From Promethearchaeota archaeon (GTDB lineage Archaea > Asgardarchaeota > Thorarchaeia > Thorarchaeales > Thorarchaeaceae), in contig WJMJ01000034.1 in NCBI GenBank assembly GCA_014728035.1, positions 30,541-94,540 of the forward strand: a stretch of 64,000 nt of DNA, given 5' to 3'. Below the pieces are notes generated by a model. It was not told the DNA's origin, made no database searches, and worked only from the letters and a program-made list of their open reading frames with translations. Below, piece after piece: positions 38,341 through 48,360 of this stretch (positions are counted from its first letter, which is position 1; each line of letters starts with the position of its first letter). Made by a program: the position numbers and the translations under genes.

Positions 38341-41300
38341 ATGGGTCTGAAAGATCTAATTAAAGGCGTAGGAAAAGACGTTCTGGTTACAGCAGCGACA
38401 GTAGTTTCAGGAGCAGCTCTAGGTCCATTAGGAGCAGCAGCGGTTGGCGGTTTTCTATCCAGAGTGATGGGTAAAGTTGGCGTTGATGTTGATCCTGATG
38501 AGCTATCTGAAGAGGTGCAAAGTGAAGCAGGTGATCAACCTGCGCAAGTTACTAAACTCACTGAACCTGAAACACTCCAGAGAATTGCTGATAAAATTGC
38601 AGAGCGAACCAATCAAGACAAACAAGAAGTTTTAGCCGGATTACAGTATGGTTTTAGAGAACTTCAGGGTGGAATGGGTGTTGTAATGGGTGAACTCAGA
38701 GGTAATACCCAACTTATTGCAGAAGTTCTCAAGATGGCAGGACAGGCTGATGAAAAAACAGATCAGCTACTCACTCATGCAGAACAAACTGAAAGGTCAC
38801 TTGATGAGGTACTTCGTCGTTTGGATGCAATGGAAAGAGGACTGGACATCACATTTAGGAAATTCATCGGTGATTATTCAGACCCTCATATGTTGAGCTA
38901 TGACCGACTAATGATGATAAGTCGTTTACAGAGACAAAGAACAGTTGTAGCTTCGAGTTTTGGAATAAGATATGAGCCTTCACTTTATGTACCCAGACAT
39001 GTTGAAGAAGGAGTATTTGACAGATTCATTGCAGACTCCGGAATGTCTGATAGAAACATATTCCTGGTCTTGGGGAATGTGGGACTTGGTAAAACTTGGT
39101 TCATGGCCCGCATGTCAAACAGGGCAATGGAATTGAACCAACCGACTTTCTTTGTTCCATTGAGCCATGGTATCAAATCATTAACAAGTGTGTTCAAAGT
39201 AGAATCCATACCAGCATTAGTAGATTTGATAGATCCTATTCTTGATGAAGCTGGAGAACATGCATTCATATTTCTTGATGGATTGGACGAAATGGACCCA
39301 ACACATATCCGGCACATCCTTGGCGCATTATCAAGTGCTAGAAGCGATTCTGTATCATTCATCATTTCATGTCGTGCAACTGATTGGGCTTCAAACCGTG
39401 CAATAGTGAGGGGTGCAAATGATATCAAGTACTATATTTATGATAATCCGAAAGCTGGTGAGCTTGCAAGGTCATTACGAATCAATACACCAGTATCAGT
39501 TCTGATGTCAGAGTTCACTGACCAAGAAATGAGCATGGCAATGGATAGATATGGCATTCCTCGCGAAGTGCCAGAAGACCTTCTACCACTACTGAAAAGA
39601 CCGTATATCATGCGCCTTTCAGCTCAATGGTATTACACAGTTGGTTCTCTACCCTCACCTTCCTCACCCGAATTCTTGGACTTGTTTGCAGGAGGACCAG
39701 AATATACGGATTCAGTATTTAGAAGACTAGGTATTCTAACTGAGAGAGACTCGCTCTATGCTACAGTAGAAAAAATCATCCAAGCTAAAAGAGAGTCTTT
39801 ACCATTAAATGAGATTCCAATCGACCCGGAATCATCAGCTTTCAGCACTTTGGTTTCTTCTGGAATGCTGATTATCAAGATTGATAGAATTGGTACGACT
39901 ATCTCACTCAGTCCGGAATTTTTAGTCCCATTGTTCTCACTCACAGTTCTTAGGCATCAGACTGACCCGTCAAGAATCAAAGATATGCTTGAGGGTATCA
40001 AATCCTGGAAACCTGATGCAGGAGATATTGTTGATAGAATTGTAGCAGAATTCATTATGCCAAAATCTGAGCGACCATCGGCTAGACTGTCTGCACCGGT
40101 GGACACTGAACCACGGTCTCCAGATAAAACAGGATTTACAAAAAGTCTCTCACAAGATTTCGGTAGACGGACACCAGTGAAAGCAGAAGATGCCCCAGTT
40201 GGATTAACACCAACACCTACGCCCACAGCTCCGGGCCTATCTCCCACATTTACCGCAGCTAGTGAAATAAAAGCAACTACCCCGAGAGAAGTAGCAGATA
40301 TTTTGCAGGAACTTATCAACGACCCTGATGTCCATGTTCGTAGAGCTGCAACAATCGGTCTTGGACTCACTGCTCCCAGAGTAAAAGATGAACATTCTCG
40401 AATAGACCTTTTACTACCATTACTCGATGATCCTGATTCCGATATCCGTGCAGGAGCAGCATGGGGGCTCTCACTGGTAGCTTCTTCACTACGAAACCTA
40501 GATTACGGTGTGGAACTTCTTAAACCACTTACTGATGACCTAGAATGGGCTGTTCGTAGGCGAGCTGCTTTTGGAGTCGGATTATTTGGCTCTAGAATGC
40601 AGAATGAATCGCAGGGAATGAGCTTCATTGAAAGTATGCTAGGACATAATGATGGTCAAGTTCGAGCCGGCGCAGCTGCAGGGGTGGGACTCGGTTCAAT
40701 GACAAAAGGAGACCCAAGTAAAGTAGTAGACCTTCTTCTACCACTACTTGAGGATGAATATGATGATGCTAGAGGTGGCGCAGCTTTGGGACTTGGCTTG
40801 ATTGCTTCAGCATTGCCTCCAGGCTCAAAAGCAGCAGATCCATTATTTGACCTTGCAAAGAAAGGTTTTGGAAAGATTAGAGTTGGGTCAATTTTGGGTC
40901 TCTCTCTTGCCTCAATCAAACATGGAAGTGGTCGCGGAATCGTAGGTGCATTTACCCCTCTACTGGACGATTCATCTTTTGAAGTTCGAGCAACATCATG
41001 TATTGGCATAGGTCTTGCAGCGTCAAGTTTATTCGAACCAGAAGAGATTGATTCAGCGATTGGTAATCTTACACCAAAATTAAGTGATGAAGAAGAATCT
41101 GTTAGATCAGCTGCAGCGCTTGGATTGAGTTATGTTGCATCAAGACTTCCACGCGAAAAGATGTCTCAGTTATTAGAGAGCTTGCTTGCTCAGACTGATG
41201 AAAGTGTCAGAGCCTGTGCTAGTGTGGGATATGGAATGGCAGCAACACGATTCAAGAAGCCAACAGAGAAGATTGACATTCTCAGTAAACTCCTTGGAGA

Positions 41301-41586
41301 CCGTGAGAAAGAGGTTCGGAAAGGAGCACTGCTTGGAATCGGGTTAGCTAGCACGAAAGTTAGGGATGTTCTAACAAAGGTGAACTATGTATCAGGGGGT
41401 ATAGCCTCAGAAGACCCAGTTATTCGCAAAGGGGCAGCTCTTGCGCTTGGAATATCTCTCTCCGAAGTTGAACTCGATATTGGTGTGATTTTAGGAGAAA
41501 GCTTCTGGGGTACGACACCTCTAACTCATGATGAATGCATCGTCGCTGGAGTTGCATCTAGTATAATGCTAAGATATGGAACATGA
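38341..41586 (+). CDS. STAND/NACHT-like P-loop NTPase with Gly-zipper/coiled-coil N-terminus and 11 HEAT/PC-like repeats
   Basis: Walker A GNVGLGKT (39073-39096), Walker B FIFLDGLDE, sensor-1 IISCR, LKRPYIMRL (GxP-like), P/T-rich linker, 11 repeats of ~36 aa; GAGGTG RBS. Confidence 0.85.
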   Translation: MGLKDLIKGVGKDVLVTAATVVSGAALGPLGAAAVGGFLSRVMGKVGVDVDPDELSEEVQSEAGDQPAQVTKLTEPETLQRIADKIAERTNQDKQEVLAGLQYGFRELQGGMGVVMGELRGNTQLIAEVLKMAGQADEKTDQLLTHAEQTERSLDEVLRRLDAMERGLDITFRKFIGDYSDPHMLSYDRLMMISRLQRQRTVVASSFGIRYEPSLYVPRHVEEGVFDRFIADSGMSDRNIFLVLGNVGLGKTWFMARMSNRAMELNQPTFFVPLSHGIKSLTSVFKVESIPALVDLIDPILDEAGEHAFIFLDGLDEMDPTHIRHILGALSSARSDSVSFIISCRATDWASNRAIVRGANDIKYYIYDNPKAGELARSLRINTPVSVLMSEFTDQEMSMAMDRYGIPREVPEDLLPLLKRPYIMRLSAQWYYTVGSLPSPSSPEFLDLFAGGPEYTDSVFRRLGILTERDSLYATVEKIIQAKRESLPLNEIPIDPESSAFSTLVSSGMLIIKIDRIGTTISLSPEFLVPLFSLTVLRHQTDPSRIKDMLEGIKSWKPDAGDIVDRIVAEFIMPKSERPSARLSAPVDTEPRSPDKTGFTKSLSQDFGRRTPVKAEDAPVGLTPTPTPTAPGLSPTFTAASEIKATTPREVADILQELINDPDVHVRRAATIGLGLTAPRVKDEHSRIDLLLPLLDDPDSDIRAGAAWGLSLVASSLRNLDYGVELLKPLTDDLEWAVRRRAAFGVGLFGSRMQNESQGMSFIESMLGHNDGQVRAGAAAGVGLGSMTKGDPSKVVDLLLPLLEDEYDDARGGAALGLGLIASALPPGSKAADPLFDLAKKGFGKIRVGSILGLSLASIKHGSGRGIVGAFTPLLDDSSFEVRATSCIGIGLAASSLFEPEEIDSAIGNLTPKLSDEEESVRSAAALGLSYVASRLPREKMSQLLESLLAQTDESVRACASVGYGMAATRFKKPTEKIDILSKLLGDREKEVRKGALLGIGLASTKVRDVLTKVNYVSGGIASEDPVIRKGAALALGISLSEVELDIGVILGESFWGTTPLTHDECIVAGVASSIMLRYGT
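40291..41466 (+). repeat. Eleven ~36-aa helical repeats, consensus L-x-x-L-L-x-D-x-x-x-x-VR-x-G-A-x-L-G-L-G-L
   Basis: Counted from the translation: VRRAATIGLGL, IRAGAAWGLSL, VRRRAAFGVGL, VRAGAAAGVGL, ARGGAALGLGL, IRVGSILGLSL, VRATSCIGIGL, VRSAAALGLSY, VRACASVGYGM, VRKGALLGIGL, IRKGAALALGI. Confidence 0.9.
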
Positions 41587-42401
41587 AGGGTGAAAAATCA
41601 CCCTCCTTGTCCTTTTTTGAGGTTTTTATTTTGGGTCCGAATCCACATCCAATTTGGCCTATTGAATGGGTTTTTTCTTTCCAGAAGATTATTGATTACC
41701 TCCAGAAACTTGCAATACAAAACACAAGTAAAACAAAACCCGAGATTTTCGTTGGAGATTTTGGTGCTGGAAGAAATGAAGAAATACCACTGTTTTTTTC
41801 CAAGGTAATTCAAAACTCTATCTTAGAAAATAGTGACTGGGAAAAACCATATCCAATTTTCAAAGTTTATTGTACTGATGTCCATACCCTACGAATTGAG
41901 GATCTCTTTAGCAAGCTTGTTGATGAGGATATCATCGAACATTCCAGAGTTGTTCATGCAGGACTAGAGGATATGGGTGGATTTGCTGTCTTTCCATTAG
42001 ATCAAAAAGAAGTAATTGCTGAGCTTGAGAAACCAACCTGGATTGACGTGTATATCAATGACCATGAAGCTTTTCCGGAAAATAGCATAGATATTGGAAT
42101 CATGAACAATGACATGCTTGGGTACTTGGCAGAATATTATACCGAATATAGTGATCTTAAGCGAGCATTAGAAGGAGCTGAGAAAATCATCAAACAAGAG
42201 GGGTTATTCCTTGTCACACAACCGTGTTCACTTTACAAGTTTGATAATATAGAAGTTCTAGAGAATACTGGATTTTCATTTCTTATGGGAGCTGACATAG
42301 ATAAACAAACTGGTGAAATTGAGTACATCAAAAAAGATACAGATCCGAAGAGATTGGGAAATTTGAATCATTACACCTTTCTAGCTTTCATCAATGAATG
42401 A
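41583..42401 (+). CDS. Divergent class I SAM-dependent methyltransferase-like protein
   Basis: Motif I VGDFGAG, motif II VYCTD, FPENSIDIG (post-II), IIKQEGLFLV (LKPGG-like); ATGA overlap with the NTPase. Confidence 0.65.
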   Translation: MKGEKSPSLSFFEVFILGPNPHPIWPIEWVFSFQKIIDYLQKLAIQNTSKTKPEIFVGDFGAGRNEEIPLFFSKVIQNSILENSDWEKPYPIFKVYCTDVHTLRIEDLFSKLVDEDIIEHSRVVHAGLEDMGGFAVFPLDQKEVIAELEKPTWIDVYINDHEAFPENSIDIGIMNNDMLGYLAEYYTEYSDLKRALEGAEKIIKQEGLFLVTQPCSLYKFDNIEVLENTGFSFLMGADIDKQTGEIEYIKKDTDPKRLGNLNHYTFLAFINE

Positions 42402-45400
42402 TTAGTCTTTTGCAACCACGAATTCATTGGGAATGGTTATTGTGAAACAAGTCGTTTCAGCTTCATCTAGATGTATATCCCAACCATGAGCATCGACAAT
42501 TCGATGCACTATTCGAAGACCCATTCCTCCATCCTTCTTTGTAGAGAATTTTTCTGTGAATAATTTTCCCCGATATTCTTGTGGTATTGGTATTCCATCA
42601 TTACAGAAGGAGATTAACAAGTTATTCCCATTTCTTTTCGTTTTTACTTCAATCAAATTAGGTTCTGCATGTTCAACAGCATTTTTCAGCAGATTTCTGA
42701 CAACTTGATCTATCTTTTGCGAGTCGCATTCTACAATAGGTAAATCAACCAATTTGAAAGTAATATCTGCGGGTATGATTTCTTCTGCAGCCTTTGAAAC
42801 GATTTTCCGTAAATCAACTTCTGTCATAGTTCCAATAATGAGACCTGAATCTGCAAGTTCAACACTTCTTAGTAACAGGTTTTCCAATGCTCTCACTGAA
42901 CGTTGTATTGCAGTAAGGTGTTCTCGATTGTATTCTTCTTCAAGTAGATTGGAATACCCAAGTATATTGTGAAAGTAGGTTTTCATATCGTGGCTCATTT
43001 GATGCGCAAATTCGGAAAGCTCTTCTTTCTGTTTACGTAATAATTGTTCGGATAGTATTTTGTCTGTAATATCAAGTACTTGTAGTTGCACAGCTGGAAC
43101 ATCATTAAACATAATAGCAGTTGAAAATCCCTCAACCCAACGTGTTTCCCCAGAAGGACGGATGTATCGGAATTTCGTATATGGTGATATTTCCTCTCCA
43201 AGTATGCGTCTTCTAAAACGTGCTTCAAGTTTCTTAATGTCATCAGGATGAGTATGTTGTGTAATAACATATTCATAAGACATCTCTAATAATTCAGGAA
43301 TTGAATATCCAGTAATATCAGCGAATGCCTGATTGGCGAATACGTATCCATCATCTTGTATAATACAGAATCCAATCAAGGAATATTCAACTAGTTCTCG
43401 ATATTTCTTTTCACTCTCTTGCAATGCAGTTTCTGTTTCCTGACGATTGATTGCAGATGCATACATCTTGACCAAGTTCTCAAAAAAGATCTTATCTCTA
43501 TCATCAAACTCTCTTGGTATTCTACTTCCAAACGATATGACTCCAACGAGTGACTTGTCACCTTTTAATACTGGAAGAGATACATATGAGGTGATACCAA
43601 AGAGTTCAAATCTTTCAATATTTGGTTTACACAGTTCATGCTCATAGATGCTGTTAGCATAAACTGCTTCAGATTCTCTTGCAGCATAAGACTGAATCGA
43701 AGATTCATCATCTATGTGTTTAGAACCTAAAAGCAAATCATTTTGTACACCATAAGTTGCCTTGAGTTCCAGAATATTATTTGTACTGTTAAACAAACGA
43801 AATGATGCGAAATCAAATTCAAGTAATTTCGAAAGTCCAGAAACCACCATATCTGAGAGATGTTCTGTTGATTCAGCAATTAGTGAAGCTTCTGCAATCA
43901 CTCGAATTGCCAGTCGTTCTCGCTTGAGGGCCTCCTCAGCTTTTCTTCTTGCAGTTATATCAAAATACGCCACCTGAATCGCGGAAGCTCCTTCGTAATC
44001 CACAACACTTGCAAGAGACTCAACCCATACAACATCTCCATTCTTTGATAACAATCTAAAAGAGAGGGGAATTTTGAATACTCGACCTTTAAGACGTTCA
44101 CTATCTCTATAGAGAACTTCTTTTCTATCATCGGGATGTACAAGTAAATCCTCTCGGGGTAAGGAATACAACTCTTCAATCGAATACTCGATAAGATCTG
44201 AAAAAGCCTGATTTGTAAAAACTATTTTTCTATCTTGGATAATAACAATGGGTTGTCGTGTATGCTGAATGACTTCTTTGTATTTTTGTTCACTGCTAGC
44301 TTTGGCTTTTTGTGCTTCCTTCTGAGATATTACTGACTGAAACATCTTTGCCACGGTTTCAAAAAATATGTAGTCATCTGATAGTAGTTCTAGTTTTTCA
44401 GTCGACCAAAGTTGAACAACACCCCAAACAGATTCGTTCTCTCTGTAAAGAGGCCAAGAGATAAGCGATTTTATATTCATAATCTCAATTCGATATTTGT
44501 GAGTTTCATGTACAGGATGTTTGGAAACATCTGGAGCAAAGATGGTGTTTCCAGTTCTTGCTACATAGGCTGCTAATCTCTGAGAATCATTTATCGAATG
44601 AGGTTTAATATCGACCTCATCAAGATTAGGTCCATGATATGCCACCAATTCCAAAATGTCCGAATTGTGCTTAATGAGTCCAATAATGCCATATTGAAAA
44701 TTCAGAAGCTCGGCAAGGCCTATTAATACTTTTGAACAAACTACTTCCAAAGATAGATGTTCCGTTGCAGCCTCAGCTATTATTTGAAATGCTATCTTCT
44801 CTCGTTCATACTCTGTACTAATCTTCCTCTCATGTGAAACGTCGCGGATAGCCCAAATTGAAGCTGGCTTGTTTTTGAAGGTTGTAGGTTGAGAAACAAT
44901 TTCAATAATCACATTTCGACCCTGCATGCATAGACTCAGTTCTTTTCTCGTTTCAGACGATGACTCAATGAGCCTATCTAATTCATCATCTTCGGATTGA
45001 ACAAAATCAGAAATATGGGAACCGATAATATCTAGATTAAAACCGAAAATATCAATTAAAGACTGACTGATTTGTAGAATTTGACCATGCGAATGAATTA
45101 ATGTGCCATCAAATGTTGACTGTAGAAGATGTCGATACCTTTCTTCACTTTTCTGGAATTCATCATTTATTCTATGATAATGTACTGCAGATTTAATCAT
45201 ATGGACCAGTTCAGCATATTGAGATTTTGGGTGGCCACCCTTTGTAACATAGAAAGTCGCTCCAAGATTAAGTGCACGAATAGCAACTTCCTCTCTTGAC
45301 CTTCCTGTGAAGATAATGAACGGAATCTTATTTCCTTCATCACGTAGAAGCTCAAGGAATTCAAGTCCATTGGTTTGTGGCATCTGGTAATCGGATACAA

Positions 45401-45551
45401 TTAAATCGAATGACTGGTGATTAAGTATCTCAAGAGCTTTAGATACAGATGACACAGAAGTAACCATCAGCTCATTGTCTTTCTGAAGATACATACTTGC
45501 AATCTCAAGGAGATCTATGTCGTCATCAACCAATAAGACCTCAATACTCAT
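42402..45551 (-). CDS. Hybrid sensor kinase REC-PAS-GAF-PAS-GAF-PAS-HisKA-HATPase
   Basis: VLLVDDD/SDYQMP receiver, VHPDD and THPDD PAS, two GAFs, H-box MSHDMK, NLLKNAVEH, FSTK, GMGL. Confidence 0.92.
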   Translation of the reverse strand: MSIEVLLVDDDIDLLEIASMYLQKDNELMVTSVSSVSKALEILNHQSFDLIVSDYQMPQTNGLEFLELLRDEGNKIPFIIFTGRSREEVAIRALNLGATFYVTKGGHPKSQYAELVHMIKSAVHYHRINDEFQKSEERYRHLLQSTFDGTLIHSHGQILQISQSLIDIFGFNLDIIGSHISDFVQSEDDELDRLIESSSETRKELSLCMQGRNVIIEIVSQPTTFKNKPASIWAIRDVSHERKISTEYEREKIAFQIIAEAATEHLSLEVVCSKVLIGLAELLNFQYGIIGLIKHNSDILELVAYHGPNLDEVDIKPHSINDSQRLAAYVARTGNTIFAPDVSKHPVHETHKYRIEIMNIKSLISWPLYRENESVWGVVQLWSTEKLELLSDDYIFFETVAKMFQSVISQKEAQKAKASSEQKYKEVIQHTRQPIVIIQDRKIVFTNQAFSDLIEYSIEELYSLPREDLLVHPDDRKEVLYRDSERLKGRVFKIPLSFRLLSKNGDVVWVESLASVVDYEGASAIQVAYFDITARRKAEEALKRERLAIRVIAEASLIAESTEHLSDMVVSGLSKLLEFDFASFRLFNSTNNILELKATYGVQNDLLLGSKHIDDESSIQSYAARESEAVYANSIYEHELCKPNIERFELFGITSYVSLPVLKGDKSLVGVISFGSRIPREFDDRDKIFFENLVKMYASAINRQETETALQESEKKYRELVEYSLIGFCIIQDDGYVFANQAFADITGYSIPELLEMSYEYVITQHTHPDDIKKLEARFRRRILGEEISPYTKFRYIRPSGETRWVEGFSTAIMFNDVPAVQLQVLDITDKILSEQLLRKQKEELSEFAHQMSHDMKTYFHNILGYSNLLEEEYNREHLTAIQRSVRALENLLLRSVELADSGLIIGTMTEVDLRKIVSKAAEEIIPADITFKLVDLPIVECDSQKIDQVVRNLLKNAVEHAEPNLIEVKTKRNGNNLLISFCNDGIPIPQEYRGKLFTEKFSTKKDGGMGLRIVHRIVDAHGWDIHLDEAETTCFTITIPNEFVVAKD

Positions 45552-45811
45552 TCAGTATTCACCAATCATTTGTGTTGTTATGGTTATACAATAAAGACAT
45601 TGTTTGAATGGATGGTAATTTCCATTAGTTATGTCTCATTTTTCCATTATCTGAGATTTCACATTAATTTACTATTAGGTATTTGAAATATGATTTTTGA
45701 TTTGTGATAATATCGACTTTATGAACAAATTGAATCATTCATGAAGACTAGCTATTTTAGCGAGTAGAAAACCTTTCAAGGTAGGAAAAATGTCATAATT
45801 TGGAGAACACA

Positions 45812-46573
45812 ATGAAGATTATTTCATGGAATCTAAATGGACTCAATGCAAGCTTGAAAAAAGGATTGATTGATTTCATAAAAGACTCGCCAGCAGATAT
45901 ATTCTGTTTCCAAGAAACGAAGACAGCAGAAGATAGAGTTGATAATACATTTCTAGAGATACCTGACATACACTACTATTGGCAATCAGCTGAAAAAAAG
46001 GGATACAGTGGAGTAGTGACTCTCTCAAAAGTCGAACCTAAATCTGTAATTCATGGATTCAATGATGAAGGGTATGATACGGAAGGAAGAATGGTTACAC
46101 TAGAATTTGAAAACTTCTATTTAGTAAACACGTACTTTCCAAATGCTGGAAGAGGTCTGAAACGATTAGATTTCAAACTTGAGTGGGATAAAAAATTCGA
46201 AAAATATGTAGAAGATTTACGTAAGAAAAAACCCATCATTCTTACTGGAGACCTCAATGTAGCACATACTGAGAAAGACTTGGCACGACCTAAGAACAAT
46301 ACTAAGACAGCGGGATTTACACCGGAGGAACGAGAATGGTTCGACTCATTTCTCCAGAAAGGATACATTGACACATTTCGAGAATTTGTAGATGAAAGAG
46401 GGCACTATACTTTCTGGTCGTATAGACACAATGCACGTGAGAAGAATATTGGATGGCGATTGGATTACTTCGTGGTTAGTGAAGAATTGAAATCACAAGT
46501 AGAAAATAGTGAAATACTTTCTGACGTCTATGGTTCGGATCACTGTCCGATATTACTAACGGTCAGTGAATGA
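45812..46573 (+). CDS. xth: Exodeoxyribonuclease III / AP endonuclease
   Basis: ISWNLNG, FQETK, GYSGV, EGR, YFPN, GDLNVAH, GWRLDY, GSDHCP. Confidence 0.96.
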   Translation: MKIISWNLNGLNASLKKGLIDFIKDSPADIFCFQETKTAEDRVDNTFLEIPDIHYYWQSAEKKGYSGVVTLSKVEPKSVIHGFNDEGYDTEGRMVTLEFENFYLVNTYFPNAGRGLKRLDFKLEWDKKFEKYVEDLRKKKPIILTGDLNVAHTEKDLARPKNNTKTAGFTPEEREWFDSFLQKGYIDTFREFVDERGHYTFWSYRHNAREKNIGWRLDYFVVSEELKSQVENSEILSDVYGSDHCPILLTVSE

Positions 46574-46679
46574 GAGATCTGGATTCAAAGTACCAATATC
46601 ATATAGAGGTGACACCCGAAATTTAAATCGGATAATTCCCTGTCCATATTCGAGTTCTGGAGAGCAGAGGTTATATTAT

Positions 46680-48305
46680 ATGTCATTTAGAGAATCGCTA
46701 AAACCGATATTTACGAGAGAAGGGATTCTTCTTGTATCAGTAGCATTAACAGGCGGTTTGATATGGGTACTCCATTTCATCTTAGAATTCTCGATTCTTC
46801 AGAAACTGACGCCAACAGGTCAACCTTTCAATCCAATATTCATCCTTCCTCATATTGGACTCGTACCGATAGGATGTCTATTTTATCTCATGATATCCTC
46901 ACGATGGAGTCCCTTCAAAGCTTTACTACCTAGTGTTACGATAATCACTTTATCTTTCATACTCATACTAATTCTTCCAAATCTCGGACCTATTCAAACA
47001 ACATCGTTTACGTTAGATCCAGTATTCATTCTATACATGATACTCCTAGCAGTAGCTGGATTCTTCATAGGTACAATTCTAGCTCCTCTAATGCTCATAA
47101 GCAAACCATATCTGAAGAATGTAGAATATAATGGTAGAATCTATTCCTTTGCAACAGCATTTCTAAGTCCTATTGTAATTATTGCAACTTGGTTACATGG
47201 TATGAATCAACCACTACTTCTATCAGCATATTTCATTGTTGTATATATTGTAATTGCTCTATTGTTCATCGATGGGAAAAAGAAGCTCAATAATCTACCA
47301 CCGAGGTGTACCAACATCAGGTCATTTCTCAGACATAAAGATGTATGGCCCTCAATATTGTTAATGTTCTTTGTTGGATTTTTCTTCACGAACACATATC
47401 TAGCATCAGTTATCCTACTTGATTACTCGAATATATTGTCAAACCTAGATACTTTTGTGATCGTTTTATTCAGCGTATGCATCATAGTCACAATTCCTTG
47501 TGGGATGCTCTTTGATAGAATTGGTAGAAGATGGACTCTGCTTATTGGATTCTATGCGCAAGCTATTGCATTTCTACTCTTGTCGTTCTTCCCGCCAATG
47601 GAATATCCCTTCATGCTTGAAGTAATATTTCCGGCAGTTATTGCATTTGGTTTCACCATTGCTATTTTCGGTGCACTCTTAGTATCATTAGAGCTAGCAC
47701 CAAGAGGTTTCTTACGAGTTCATCAAGGTATTTCGTGGGTTCTTTTTGGGGTTGGAATGACTGTTGGAGTTATCACAGATATAGCTCTTTATCCACTAAT
47801 TACAACCTCTCCAGCGTATCTTCCGTTGGTTCTCATTTTCGCACTATTTACTGCAACTATCGTAGTACTGCAATTGAAAGAAACACTTCCATCAAAAGAG
47901 GAACTTGAATGGAAGCGAAAACTAGAACATATTCTAGTTTTGACAAAAGGTGGTATTCCCCTATATTCTGAAAGAATGAGCCCTACACAGCCTTCAAAAG
48001 AAAGTCCAGATGAGATGTTAATAGGTGGCGCACTTACGGGTATAACTGAATTAATCAAAGAAATCTCACAGAGAGCTGGAAAATTGAAAGTCATTCAACA
48101 AGAAGGTTATTGCATTATTCTTGAGGAGGGAAGAGAGGTAATTGTTGCCGTAATGGCTCTTGAAGAACTTGGAACCATTAGAGCTAAGACTCAAGATTTC
48201 CTAGAGGATTTCCAGAGATTCTTTGGCGAATTGATTAACGATTGGTCAGGAGACCCTAAGGTATTCAGTCCTGCAAAAGAGCTTGTTCAGAATCATTTCT
48301 ACTGA
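46680..48305 (+). CDS. MFS-type transporter fused to a C-terminal longin-like domain
   Basis: About 12 TM, MFS motif A GMLFDRIGRR; soluble tail HILVLTKGGIPLYS...LIGGALTGITELIKEI...FLEDFQRFF; start likely MSFRES (46680). Confidence 0.75.
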   Translation: MSFRESLKPIFTREGILLVSVALTGGLIWVLHFILEFSILQKLTPTGQPFNPIFILPHIGLVPIGCLFYLMISSRWSPFKALLPSVTIITLSFILILILPNLGPIQTTSFTLDPVFILYMILLAVAGFFIGTILAPLMLISKPYLKNVEYNGRIYSFATAFLSPIVIIATWLHGMNQPLLLSAYFIVVYIVIALLFIDGKKKLNNLPPRCTNIRSFLRHKDVWPSILLMFFVGFFFTNTYLASVILLDYSNILSNLDTFVIVLFSVCIIVTIPCGMLFDRIGRRWTLLIGFYAQAIAFLLLSFFPPMEYPFMLEVIFPAVIAFGFTIAIFGALLVSLELAPRGFLRVHQGISWVLFGVGMTVGVITDIALYPLITTSPAYLPLVLIFALFTATIVVLQLKETLPSKEELEWKRKLEHILVLTKGGIPLYSERMSPTQPSKESPDEMLIGGALTGITELIKEISQRAGKLKVIQQEGYCIILEEGREVIVAVMALEELGTIRAKTQDFLEDFQRFFGELINDWSGDPKVFSPAKELVQNHFY

Positions 48306-48360
48306 AAGAGAACATCAGTTGGCTTGGACCTTTCAAATAAACGAAAACAGATAATAGATT

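Noticed and set aside
39957-41009. Antisense ORFs of 117-158 aa here and at 19105, 38985 and 49305
   Set aside because: They lie opposite well-supported genes, are Ser/Pro/Ile-rich and have no motifs, as expected for antisense shadows
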